A DNA stretch of 54,374 bases, filler included, from Sphacelaria rigidula (taxonomy: Eukaryota), in the NCBI GenBank assembly GCA_964200075.2. It is 5 parts of 5 records of this genome, joined end to end, with 100 filler letters (N's around TTAATTAATTAA, not from the genome) between each part and the next. Parts side by side here need not be neighbours in the genome. Positions count along the whole stretch, not along the records: positions 32,687 to 43,480 come from CAXNAA020005898.1; positions 43,581 to 54,374 come from CAXNAA020005899.1; 3 more parts are not named here. One strand, written 5' to 3'. Under the pieces are notes generated by a model, which worked only from the letters and a program-made list of their open reading frames with translations, made no database searches and was not told the origin of the DNA. Positions 37,389 to 50,186 of this stretch are shown in pieces. A program made the translations under genes and the position numbers. The number at the start of each line of letters is the position of its first letter. Position 1 is the stretch's first letter.

Positions 37389-38667
37389 TTAACCCTTGGA
37401 CCGCGGTGCGGGTAGTCCAGCTGGATCACGCATACGCTTTTCAAGTAAAAATCGATGCCGATTCAGTAGGTGACCTACCCTCGTCGTGGTCCAAGGATCG
37501 ATCCTTAGACCGCGAGGTGAGTCTTCTGATGAATCGGCATCAATTTCAAGTGAAACAAAGTATGCATGATCCAGAAAGACTAATCTCGCGGGGTTATCTT
37601 TCTCGATCATGCATACTTTTTTTCAGTTGAAATTGGTGCCGATTCAACAGAAGACTTTTCTTGCGGTCTATGGGTTAACCCTTAGACGACGAGAGTAGTA
37701 GGTCATCTGTTGAATCGGCATCCATTTCGCTCGAAAAACGTATGCGTGATCGAGATGGACTACCCTCGCGGTGTAAGGGTTAAACCGCGATACTGGTGGT
37801 CCCTCTGAACCACGCATACTTTTTTCAAGTGAAAATTGATGCCGATTCAGCAGGTGACCTACCCTCACGATGAAAGGGTTTACTCTTGGACCGCGATGCG
37901 GGTAGTCCATCTGGATCACATATACGTCGTTCATGTGAAATTAATTCCGATCCAGCAAGTGGCTGACCCTCATCGCGGTCAAATGGTGAACCCTTAGACG
38001 AAAGGCTAACCCTTAGACAAAGGGTTAACCCTTGGGTCGCGGTGCGGGTAGTCCATCTGGATCACGCATACGCTTTTCAAGTGAAAATCGATGCCGAGTC
38101 AGCAGGTGACCTACCCTCCTCCCGGTCCAAGAGTTAACCCTTAGACCGCGATGCTGGTGGTCCATCTTAATCACGCATACTTTTCTCAAGTCAATATCGA
38201 TACCGATTCAGCAGGTGGCCTACGGCCTACCTTCGCGGTTAAAGGGTTGACCCTTAGACCGCGATGCTGGTGGCCCATCTGGATCACATACTTTTTTCAA
38301 GTGAATATCGATGCCGATTCAGCAGGTGACCTACCCTCGCGGTCAAAGCGTTAACCCTTAGACCGCGAGGTTGGTCTTCTGTTGAATCGGCATCAATTTC
38401 GATTGAAAGAAAGTATGCATGATCCAAATTGACTAATCTCGCGGTTTGAGGGTTAACCCTTGGACCGCGATGCTGGCGGCCCATCGGGATCACGGATACT
38501 TTTTTCATGTGAATATTAATGCCAATTTCAGCAGGTGATATGCACTCGCGGTCAAGAGGTCAACCCTTTCATCGCGAGGGTAGGTCACCAGTGGGATCGT
38601 CATCAATTTCACTTGAAAAATTATGCGTGATCCAGATGGACTACCTACATCACGATCTAATGCTTAT
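37389..38667. mobile_element. Cluster of about 12 piggyBac-like MITEs (about 100-108 bp each) joined at TTAA sites, mixed orientation
   Basis: Units TTAA-CCCTT(A/G)GACCGCG ... CGCGGTC(C/T)AAGGG-TTAA; intact TTAA at 37389, 37675, 37780, 38025, 38134, 38351 and 38453. Confidence 0.85.
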
Positions 38668-38678
38668 TCACGGATGCA

Positions 38679-38806
38679 GCCTCGCCCCGGTGGCTCAGTC
38701 GGTAACCTCGAAACCTTCCGACGGTTGGGGTCGTGGGTTCGAATCTTGGAGCGGCGTGGGATTTTTTCTCACACAACGCCCAACAGTGGAGAGCGAATAT
38801 GTCGTG
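38679..38806 (+). mobile_element. SINE family 1, head and core only
   Basis: A box TGGCTCAGTCGG at 38691-38702, B box GGTTCGAATC at 38736-38745, core CTCACACAACGCCCAACAGTGGAGAGCG. Confidence 0.8.
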
Positions 38807-39356
38807 GGGGGAAATATCGGTTGTATCTCCACCTTGACTTTTCAAGCGAGGGAGAACACTCCGATGCGGAACTGACGTTGGCGGGTGCAGCACTTACAGC
38901 ACGGGTGACCGCGCCACTCATGGTGTAGAGTGCGCGTAACCCTAAGCGTACTGCTTCACTGCTGTGCTGTGCGGCGTGCGGTCTGTTGTGAGCTGCTACT
39001 GCCATGTGTGGACAATACTGTGTGGATCTGCTTTAGTCGTGTATCGTCGACTTGAGTAGGTCCATAGTTTGCCCCCGCACGCCACAGGCAAAAATATGAC
39101 ATTACACAACTGAAACGCCTCATGTATCTTCGTAAATATAACATATCAACCCTTCCTTGATCGTGTGCAACCCTGATCTGGACAAAAATGCTTCTCGATC
39201 AGACTGAATACTGGTCGTTCTTGGGGCAATCAATTTTCAAAAGTGATTTCATCCATCATCGGTGTGTTGTAGCAAACGTGCGGGGCAGGAAAGATCCAAT
39301 GCCGTTGATACCTGCAGCACTGCTGCCACGCGCGTCAGCCGTGGCTTACCACTAGT

Positions 39357-39661
39357 TCTTCTTCTTCTTCTTGTTATCATCATCATTATTACTTTTATTT
39401 TACTTTTTACTTTTTATTTTTATTTTATTTGTCGCCCTTTGAACCCCTCCCCTTCCTCGGGACGAGTCCGTGGTCTCATGGGATCAACCCATCTCTCTCT
39501 CGCAAAGCAGTATAATCTGCTTCTCACGTCTTCACTCCTCCAACGGTAGAAATCAGATCGCAGACAGTTCCAAACTTGAGCATCTGGCGGGCATCGAACC
39601 CACATTTTCCCGACCTAGTGATCAACTGCACCATTTTTATTTAACCCACCGGGGCGAGGCG
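39357..39661 (-). mobile_element. tRNA-derived SINE, family 2, with LINE-like 3' motif and A-rich simple-repeat tail
   Basis: Reverse complement starts GCCTCGCCCCGGTGG, has B box GGTTCGATGCCC, contains CATGAGACCACGG and ends GGGCGAC(AAAAT)n(ATG)n(AAG)n. Confidence 0.72.
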
Positions 39662-42244
39662 GGCATGAAGCCCGGTATACTCGGAAGGGAAACCGTGAAG
39701 TATACTTTTACGCGCGAACAGCTTGCGCGAGGTGCTTTTTTATCTCACAATTTTCAGTCACAGCCGTTATTTCCGATGGTCTAATGGTATATCGGGAAAC
39801 GTTGAGCGAATAGTTTTCGGGTTGAATTCGTGGCCGATTTGTTTTTCCTTGAAAGTTTCCTGTTTCCGTCCTCTAAGACGTGATAGCGTGAGCAGCATTT
39901 TTTTTCCTTCCCGAGAGTCGACGCGGTGCGGGAGTGCTGGTCATGATTCAATCAATCTGCGATACCATATTCCAAGGCGTGTACCGCAGGAGAGATGATT
40001 CCCTGACACCACGAAACTTATCTCGACTTAGGGGAGGGGTCGGAAGTGTGAAGAAAAAAAAGGAGGGATGTATTATGAGTACAACATTCCGCCGTTGGAT
40101 TGCTAGGATCCGGAACTTCGTCACTTCTTGAAGTCCCGCGTTTTTCCTGCAAAAAAAAGTTTTTTTTTTCACTTGATGAGCGTTGCTGTGTGGACGACTC
40201 GTTTCGCAGAGCCGGATGCGTGACTTACTAGCTCCGGAGGCTGGGCTGTTTGTTTGGTGCTTCAATTTACGATTGGGCATCGCGTGGTTTCGCCCCATGT
40301 TGCTCATGGTCGTATGGCGTCACCGGCCAGAACGGGTTTCAACGTCTCGCCGTCGCAGAACGTATGCCTTGCAGGATTGTAGATTGGGGCATTAGTGGGG
40401 TAAACAGGCACTCCACGTACGCACTATTTTTTTCAAGTAAAAGACATGAAGAGTCGAAGATTCCTACTTGAAACGTCTTGAACTTGTCAATCGTTCGATT
40501 TTTTATCCTACAGAGCTGTGATGTCTTTTGTGACAAAACAAGCGAGCCGAATGTCTGTGCACTTTACGTCAATTCTGGTTGAAAGGGAGGTGATCAACAC
40601 GCCTGGAGCAAGCGGGGATGCCGTTTCACGTGATGCTCTGCCTCGTCTTTTTTATCCTCTTCCCTTTTTTTCTCCAACAGTACTATGGGCTCGTCAGGAA
40701 CCGCATTGGGATCGAGGCATGGGCTAAGAAGATGATCACGGACTGTTACCCGGATGCACGAGATGTCAAGATGGTAACCAACCGCACGCGGGATCATAGG
40801 GACGACTAATTGGCCATCAATAGTATAGCTGTCGTATTGTACCCTGTTAGTATTTTTCCCCTCTCAACATGAAAACACCCCACATTGGCAAACGTGGTGC
40901 GTTCTGTCCAAGCAACGGATTGCTCGGGGGTATTTCGGTATCTTGGAGCAGTCGAAATCGGTCATCACTCAAGTCTGACTACCTGCACCACTTTGTTGTA
41001 AGTTCACCCACGTAGGGCACTGTTCGCAGGTACCATTATAGTGCGGTTGGCCGATAATTACGAGCGACCTGAGTATAACGGAACCACTCGCTGTTCTCTT
41101 GCTCTGCGCTGCTGTTGGACGATGGCTGTAGAGGACGACATAATAGTTGAATATCACGTGTTGATAACTAGACAAAATTTGTAGGGTTTGCCATTCCCCA
41201 CGTTCTTTTGACAGACGGGACATTCCTCCTTTCGAGTTGTCGTGACGGTAAGGTTGAGTCAAGGATTTGCTCAAGCTACGATCGACGAATCCATGTGCTG
41301 CCAAAGCTTCCGGAATTTGTCTTTCTCCAGGAGTATTCGTGCATCAACATCAACATCACAATCGTATGAGTTTTCGTACTTGGAGAACTTGCTCACAGTG
41401 GCTGTGTAGTATATACTGTGTGGTAAGGAGGTGTCCGGTGTTTTTCCTCGAAACGAAGGGTTCTCCCTGCTCCGTTCGCCTGTAAATGCTCTCGATGGTC
41501 GATAGTTATTATTTTTTGTTACTATTATTATTTCCGCACATTAGTCCGATCTCGCGAACCCGTGGTCACAGACGAAGGCTCGCCTTTCCAATACCGTCGT
41601 TGCTATTCCTCACCAGACACATTACCAAAATAAAGAAGTAAGAAGAGCGACGCCACAAAAACCGGTGAGAAGTAGCTCCCCCGAGTTCACCGGGGAGAAA
41701 AAAGAGGAGGAAAAACAAACAAACAACGAACGCCAGATCTGTCAAAAGTGTACACCGGAAGAATAGTAGCGGTCGAAAATACAATGCACGTATTCGTGAA
41801 ATTGAGAGCACTGTGAAGGATACGATTCAGAGTGATGGGCGATCAATGATGAAATAGATAGCTTCAGGTCCGAAATGTCCCTCCGCGAGGCCGGATACGC
41901 TTCCTGTGATAGCTTGTCACTGAAGCCCTTGATACGTCTTGGAAGGATATTGATGTGTGGCTGTAAGCACACACGATAGTGTTCAGGCAAAGAAAACACG
42001 CGCACACAATGTAAAATTAGTGACGTTAAAGCGAATAATGAAACCCACTCTCAATCAACGCTCTACTCGTTATCTCACGAAAACAGTGTTCGTAGTGGTC
42101 GTCGGAATACGATTAACAAACAAGGGGGGGAAAACCCCGCAAGTGCATGCTAAGGAGTCATCTATAGTTGATTACCCTTTGTGAGTCCATTTCAAAGACT
42201 TTCGTGAGTACACAGCAATGCCATAGAAATGAAGTTACCCATCT

Positions 42245-42688
42245 AACACGGGATCTTACAAATCGGGGATGGATCTTGTATTGGGGATGAAAAACCCGGA
42301 GAAATAAAACCTTCGTATCCACACCAAGTCTTCGAAATATGGTTCTATTTCTTCACCTACTGATAGCTACTCACAACTGCTACACGCCACACAAAACTTG
42401 GATCTCGATCACCGAAATGTTGGGGTCCTAGGTGAAAAACCAACTACGGAACCATTTTCGCGTCCGTTCGGACACCCGGAATTCCCCAAAATTGAGTGTT
42501 TACCTGGGACCCCAACATTTCGATGATCGAAATCCAAATTCTATGGCGTGTAGCAGTTGTCAATAGCTATCAGTAGGTGAAGAAATGGAACCATGTTCCG
42601 AAGATTTGGGGGGGATACGAAGATTTGAATTCTCCGGGTTTCTCATCCCCAATAAAAGATCCATCCCCAATTTGTAAGATCCCGTGTT
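42245..42688. mobile_element. Foldback MITE with about 190-bp inverted arms
   Basis: AACACGGGATCTTACAAAT... / ...ATTTGTAAGATCCCGTGTT; flanked by ATCT on both sides (alternatively a TA TSD). Confidence 0.88.
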
Positions 42689-43480
42689 ATCTGTGCAGTT
42701 CGTTCAAGGTCCGTACAGGTTTTATTGTATTGAAGCGATTTTGAGTATCGTGGCTTCTATCACATGTTATGCTCTTGCCATGCAGGATGTCATTCTTGGG
42801 GAGGTTTTGTTTTCCCACATAGTGGTTGTACCCAAGGAAATGAAGGGGGGGCTAGGGTAGAGGGGGGTGGGGGGAGGCGTACTCATTTGTTGCTTGCCTT
42901 AGTCGTTTAACCGTTGACCACGCATCCCTTTCGAGACGGAGCACCGTTCCTGATCCTAACGGAGACACCTCCAACGTTCCGGCGCTCTTTACCTTTCTCC
43001 CATACTTTACACAAGAACATTTTACATGTCTTATCCCCGTCCTGTTTCGCCGTCTCTAGCCATAATCTATTCCAATTTTCAAATTGGTTGTTGTGTCAGG
43101 CTATTCCAGATTCGGCAATAGATTTATGTGACAGAAAACACTCTCGTTTTTTCGGAATATTTTTCAAAAAACGAGAACGTTTTAAAAAAACAAGGAGAAC
43201 TTTTCGACAAACTGCTCGAACCATGACGCCATTATATGAGGTAGGGTTAGTACACTGGAAACAAGATAACTGTGCAGTGGTGTATGAAGTGCAGAGTACT
43301 ACACAGAACACAAGACAACATGGCAGTTCTGCAGTGTTTTTTGTTTTGTTCCTCTAAGGGAACCCTAGGTTCCCGGAGAGGTCTCACCGGACCTTAAAAA
43401 AAAAAGTGTCTGTCTGTCTGTCTGTCTGAAGCAAGTTCAGTCGAAGCTCCAAACCACGCACTTTTTCGACTCAAACAGCC

Positions 43481-43580
43481 NNNNNNNNNNNNNNNNNNNN
43501 NNNNNNNNNNNNNNNNNNNNNNNNTTAATTAATTAANNNNNNNNNNNNNNNNNNNNNNNNNNNNNNNNNNNNNNNNNNNN
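43481..43580. other. Artificial scaffold linker
   Basis: Same 100-nt linker. Confidence 0.98.
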
Positions 43581-46500
43581 GTACGCAGCATGTATCTGGA
43601 TATCGCACCATGACTACCGCCGCGAACGCCCCTCACTACCGTAGAGCAAGTGCTCGGCGATGGCGGTCGCCTCACCGTCGAAGTTCTTGTCTACACTACG
43701 TGCGTCGGGTACTCGTGGTCGCCGCTCGCGTGTTGCGCCGTGACGTTTGATACCAGATGGAGGCAGTACGACGCTCAGTCAGTACTGAACAGACAGAGAG
43801 TGTACCGAAGATGCTCAAACACCTGCTTTTTGGTTATAAATTCTCTATGGTTGATCTGGCATGCACAAAATGAGTGATGAGGGTAGACAGCGAATGTGTC
43901 CACCATGTGTCTACTCTACCGTAACAAAAGTGCTCATTTTGACGACCTTAATTGGTCAGAATGGTAATCCCGCGTCTGTCGGTCCTCGTGCACGGCTCAT
44001 GATTTTCCGCGGGAAACTTCCGAAAACACATGGTTGACTTCGTGAGCTTCTCCCATGCTCCGCGGAGAGACCCCCCCCCCCCCCCCCCCCCCTCCGGCAA
44101 CCCCGGGGGCGCCGGGAAAAGGGCAGCTACAAAAAATTCCANNNNNNNNNNAAAACTCCCAAAAAAACTGGTTGAATTACGGAGTTTCTCCCATGCCCCG
44201 CGGAGAGCCCCCCCCCCCCCCCGCCAGGCTCTGGAAACCCCGGATGTCTCGGAACAGTCAGCCTGTACAACTATTCCAAGGCGACGCTCGTCGTCGAAGG
44301 GTTAAGGGCCCTTTTTCACGAAGGGGTTAATTCCTTTTTTCAAAATGCTTTTTTTTTAAAACGACCGGTGATTAATCGCTGCGATACCACTCCCCCCCCA
44401 AAAAAAAAAATCCCCTCAACGTTCACAGAAATCCCCTCTTCAGAAGTGGATTTCCGGACACCTCGAAGGGGAAGATACATGTCCGGTTGACAGGAGCACA
44501 TGCAAAGGCTCACCACACAGCCTAACACAATCAGAGCTGATCCTGAGGAACTTGGTGGCCCCGCAGACCAAAAACACACAGCTCGAGCAGTAGCTGCTCA
44601 TCCCGTTGTGCGTGACCTTGCTCACTTCTGTTCAGATTCATTGAGAAATCATGACTTGTGTGAGACGCGCGCGCAGCGCTCGCCTACAAAACGGTCGGCA
44701 ACGACACATTTTCGGTTATTTTCGACACGCATGCGGCCGCAATTCGTCCAATACAGGACGAGTTTCTGTCAAACAAAGACTGCCGTGTGTATATTAGCAA
44801 GGCCTAGCAGTGAAACTAATGCGCGTGAGTGATGGGTGTTTGTGCGTCTTTTTGGGGCTGGGTGTGTAGGTGTTGTGTTGCCTTGTTTTATCTTGCCTGC
44901 GGCATTACACAGACCTTGGGCCTGCTTGGACTAACGACCACTTCCAGACCCGCCGCATTTTTCAACCTGCGTGCAGATCTGGGTTCCGATCTCTACAAAA
45001 CTGCTTGTCGATAGGACTCGGGACTGGTCGTTATGGGGCCAATCCCCGGCCAAAAGGGGATTGTGAAAAAGGGGATAATCCCCTTCGATTGGAACGGCCC
45101 TAACCCTTTTGGAACCCTCCCCTCCCGTCCCACGGCCAGACGCCTCAATATTTCAAGTTCTGACGAAGAAAAAGAGATGGAAACAGCAAAAATCGACGCA
45201 AACCATTTTTATCGTGAAAGACCAGAGAAGACTCCAGCAGCATACGTCATGGATGCACCGAAAATCAAGTCCCGAAGCGGTCGGGTTAGGTTAGTCCAAT
45301 AATACCACGCAACGGGTGAAGCGTGTCCATATGTATGCATTGACAAAACTCTCGCAAAAAAGTATAAGCTCTCCTTGTGATATTCGTCAGCGGGAGAAAC
45401 GTCAATTTGAGTTTGGTGCCCGAATGAGCCACATCAGTATCCTTGAACTCAGACTGGTGCACCGTTTTGATGGGCTGCATCAAGACTCCGCGAGCGTAAA
45501 AAGCCACACTATACGGCGACAATGAAATGGCCGAGCAAGTGGAAATCCCGTCACCACATGTGGAAGCGCTGAAGAGCGACCCATGTGCAATTAACGTTCA
45601 GATGAAAGAGGTGGCTGAGAAGCAAGGCCAGAGTGCTGCTAGACGTTCCGAAGAAAAAGCTCCAAGAGCGGTTGGGCAGCCCATTGCCACACCGCCCCCC
45701 CACTCACCTACCGACCATCACAGTAACCGCGGCAAGAGAAAACGCTGAGAGGCACGCAGGATTATGTAGGAGACACCAGCCATACGTGATTGCAAGCGTT
45801 CAGACAGGCGATATACTAGCAAACGGTCGACAACTGCAGTCAGTGAACACACTTCACTACTGTACTACAGTTCAGTATAACTGAATAACGATTTTACGGC
45901 CTTCCATGCAAAAAGACAGAAGGTGTGTAATATCATTGCATGAAACCCCAACGCCGCCCACGAGGACAGTCCAAACGCGATAGCGCCAGCGGGAGTCATA
46001 AACGTCACGCAGCACGAAGTACGGCTGTGCAACGTTCAGACATGATCAACCTGCAGCTTACACGTGGCGTCGTGGAAATGTAGAACACAGAGCGCAGGAT
46101 GAGATATGCCGTGAGATCACAGCCTACGAAGTGAAAGCCTGTATCGGAAATGTCGAAATGACGGCCCCCGCCTACGGTGCACCGGGGGTATGTATAACGG
46201 CGGGGTACGTGGCATCCGCGTCGCCGTTATGTAATGATCGAACCGCAGTATGGTGTCGTCTAAGCGCGCACGACAGAGTACAGTACCGTCGATGGCGTGA
46301 TTTTACACTTGAAAGAAGCTGGAAATATCATGATGACACGCAGGACACAGGAGTAGGTGAACACATCCCCACAGGGCTTCGCGGTGTCTGTCTCCGAACA
46401 CAGACAGTAAACGACGGCATGACTGAGGTACACTTGTCGTCCGCGTCGCCTTAGTTATTTCAACTTATGCGCAGGCTCGCTATGATGCGGCACAAAGCAT

Positions 46501-47569
46501 CAACTGCAAGGAGAAGGATGTGCAGGTGCGGCGTGAAGATGGCTTCACGGAGGCCTGACGTGCGCTCTGGCCGGGGTCAGAAAACACCGACGGGTCGAAC
46601 AGTTTTCCATGCCCGTAAATAGGGAACCTTTTTTTCTTTCACGTTCCATTCGCACGGGTCTGAACAACACGATTGGGCGAATCGTCTGCTCAAAGGCTAA
46701 AGAAAAACAACCATTTATTGCCCGAAAAACGTCAATTGTAAATCGTCAATTTTCCATAAACGGTTTTGAAAGGGTCAAGAGGATGGCTCTGTGCGGCATT
46801 TCCCATCATGATACATCCATGTATGTTTCTGTTAGGGCGTATAAAACACTTTTTTTTTTTTAATATTCGGAGAGCCTGCTTTAGTTATGAAGGTGCTTGA
46901 CGTATTCTTCTTGAGCGTACGGCGGGAGTTTTTAGACCTTTTCAGTATTCCTGGGATGGGCACAAGTGCGACCTTTTTTTCTGGGATGCGGCTGCTGAAA
47001 GAGCTGCGTATGAAACGGAGACATTTGTTTGCGCGCAGGGCAGCTTTTCCTCTGAACTGCTTTTGAGAGCTTGGCTGCTGATGTACAAGGTTTGGGGGGG
47101 GGGAGGGGGGGGGAAGCCGTATTCTGATGAGCAGGGTAATCTGTACGGTTCACGATGCTAGACCTATGATACGGTACTGGCGCACTCAGATATCGCGTTT
47201 TGACCGTTACACGTATGATTTACTGCCATGATTAGCGTGTGGGGGACGTACATGAGTATGTGGCTTGATGTCGGACGTGTGGTCGGGCCCACGTCTTCAC
47301 TCCTCCTCTCCGGCTACATGACAACAATCCTACCTTGTACCCAACTCCGGTCGGCTCAATGCCGTATCCTTTAACCCGCCATCACAGTCGTGTCCATCGA
47401 ATAGATCCACGAGATGATAGAATAATAAACCCATGTGTTTTCGTTGGGTGTCAGATTAGCGGCACCTTACACCGTGTACTTTCATCGCTGGATAGAATGA
47501 AATACACCTCGTATCTACATATTGCTACATGTAGCATATACTCCTTCGTACCATTTCATCCGTAGAGTT

Positions 47570-47910
47570 GACCACTTGGTACATCAAGGTAGTTCTCGGA
47601 AATTCACGGCTTGTGGACAGGCGCAGTATTGGATTTTAGTGTAAACTCCGAAATCCGGATCTTTGAAGGGGGCTGTGCTCCTGGCGTGCGCAGAACGCGT
47701 TTTTGTCTGAATCGGCGCCTGGGGCGCCGATTTGAGGTCTGGCAACGCACATCGTGCCAATGAAGCACACTCTGCACCCCCATTTTCAGAGGGTTCTCGG
47801 TATGCCCTCCTTGGGATTGGGGTAAGGGTTAGCGTTAGTGTTAATCGAAATGCATAAGCATCTGCACAAACCATAACTTTCCGAGGAATATCTGTCAACT
47901 ACCAAGTGGT
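47570..47910. mobile_element. Old MITE with degenerate TIRs
   Basis: ACCACTTGGTA...CTCGGAAA at left, TTTCCGAG...TACCAAGTGGT at right. Confidence 0.65.
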
Positions 47911-50186
47911 GAAATCTCCTCCGTTTTATTCATGTATTGACTGCATGATAGTCGAGGAAACTGAGCACATGTTAACCAAACCTTCACAGTCGTAATCTGC
48001 GTTAGTCGGAAAGGATACAATTCGTGAATTAGGCACCTTCATTCCGAAATTCAAACGTTGTGCACAAAAATGCCAACGCAGACATGTAGGCAGGCGCAAA
48101 AGGCTTATACAGACGATACTGCAGTTATTGTGCTCCTCGTCACCCACATCAAGCCCATTTTTGGGTATCACTTGTAGCTGACATGGTATTTTATCGAAGA
48201 GGTGTCAGGGGGTGCATGCGGCAGTAAAGCTGAAATTAAATACGAAATATTTTTCAGGAGGATGAGCGAACCGCGTCACACCACCATATCCGCACATACT
48301 GGAAAATGGCCGCTCGCGCTCGCCTACAGTACAGTCAACCCAGGCCTGTGGGGAAGCGGGGGGAAAAGTTGTCTGCCCTCACACCCGGGAGATACCGCAA
48401 GTTATGCTCTGGAAATCCTCCACGTCTCCACACATGAGCGGCCCATATCCCTCGACACTCGAACTACGGGCAGTATCGTACCATGCAGCAGTGACGTGCA
48501 TGACTTCCAAAATCCTTCCGACAACGCTGTACATGTACCCGGCCGTGCGCTACTTTTCACAACGTTGTTTGCAATAATGAAATCTAATATCGGTTTGCAC
48601 TGATGGTCCCGTGAGAAGTGGTCCAACAAAGAAAAATCAATGAAAAAAACTGCGCAAAATGCCCAATTGGGATTCCGCGTGCACCTGCTGCCTCGATGTG
48701 GACGCGGCTTGAACAAAGAGGAAAGCAGTCATTTCATGTTCACCCCCAAAACCTAGTATGTATAGCCACCTGGGCTATTATGGGCGATGTCGCAAAATGA
48801 CTGAATGCCACAAGTGTCCAGAGTCCTCAGATGAAGATAAAAATCAACGCCCGTTCTGATCTTTTCACTTGTGATGTCCAAACGGGAAAAATTTCGAAGC
48901 GAGACTCGCGATACCCTGCAAGTGAAGATCATAAAAAATGTGAGTCCATCTTCGGAACGTGATCGTCTTGTGCTCAGACCGACTTGAAACGGCTGCGTTC
49001 AATTTCATTGTTTCTAATCAACTACCGGAGCACGGCCGGAATCACTTCACGGAGTTGTGCTTGTCTCGCTATCAGTATCGACGCGCGGTGTTCAATGGGA
49101 CATGTACACTTTGTACACCTCAACAACAGTGCAAGTGGCAAACTCCTCACACTGAGACTAGCTTACACACGATTTACAGACATGAGCGCTTTAGCGGGAC
49201 AGCGCCAGTCACCAACATGAAGAATTTATCAAGTGCGACAGTCCACACGCGGGGTCGGACGCGCGGTTGTGAGTTAAATGCTCGCGAGAGACGTGAGTTT
49301 TCAGCTTCTTCACTTCTTCACCGGGCATAATTGCTGTGTTCACACGACGTCACCTGCCGGGAGGGATAAAAGTGAGGCCAACCATTACGCACCTAGTGGG
49401 TTCGATAGGCTATAAATATCACGGAGCGCTGGGAAGAGAACCACAAAACTGGGGCCCCCTGCAACACTTCATTGGTCTCGGAATGCATCACACACAGAGT
49501 TGTGACCACCCGGGCATTGTCGGAATTGATGTGGTTGCGAAAATATATGTCGGTACACTAGTAAAAGTATCCTTACCGACCCCGTAGAACCTATGTCAGC
49601 TGACACCAAAAAGCAAAAACCTTGACTTTTGGGGTGAAGACCTCGTCCCGGGACGATGAGCTCACGTAATATCTCCAACTTTTTCATGTCTCAGTTGGCA
49701 CCAGTTCATCGGGGATCGAGATGATCAGCAACATATCATGGCCACTGTCCGGTTGGAAAGTGGTTCGTTGAGAAAATCCCCAGCGAACGCACAGAGAGGT
49801 CGAGTCCTTATGAGAGGTTGCAGACTGAACTGGACACGTGGTCGACGGAGCCCAAGCTTAGCCCATGAGATTCACTGACTGCATTCACGTCCGTCAGCCC
49901 CAAGACAAGCTGGGCCACCTTTCATGTAGCATGACATGAGGCATACAGAGCAAATGAGTGTTGGTCGATACGGCGGAACATGGTGGTACACGCTACTAAT
50001 TTCGACCACCAGTTGAGTGATGATTCAGTCCTAAAGTCACCAAGCTGGAGAGGCGTGATAAAGGACCCCCAAGTAGAATATGCACACCCTTGCAATCAAA
50101 GCAAAGGTGCACTAAACTTTGACACCTACAAATTCAATGTGTTTCGCACGTGTGGGTTTGATCTCAACCGTGTACAAGGTTGTGCT

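Noticed and set aside
37389..38667. CRISPR-like array
   Set aside because: The sequences between the short repeats are homologous to each other, occur in both orientations and also occur as solo copies. There are no unique spacers and no cas genes.
38684..38760. tRNA gene (also 7681 and 36443)
   Set aside because: A and B boxes are present, but there is no closing acceptor stem or clean anticodon arm, and each continues into the same SINE core.
10797..43580. Regularly spaced TTAATTAATTAA motifs and apparent neighbourhood of PYC, gypsy and LINE
   Set aside because: These are artificial linkers between length-sorted scaffolds (10796, 10796, 10794, 10794, 10794 bp). Cross-scaffold adjacency has no biological meaning.
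44800..50186. Short protein-like frames in scaffold 5 (for example PYERLQTELDTWSTEP near 49800)
   Set aside because: No recognisable family motif or consistent splice structure. No Fanzor/TnpB, viral or transposase signature could be identified.
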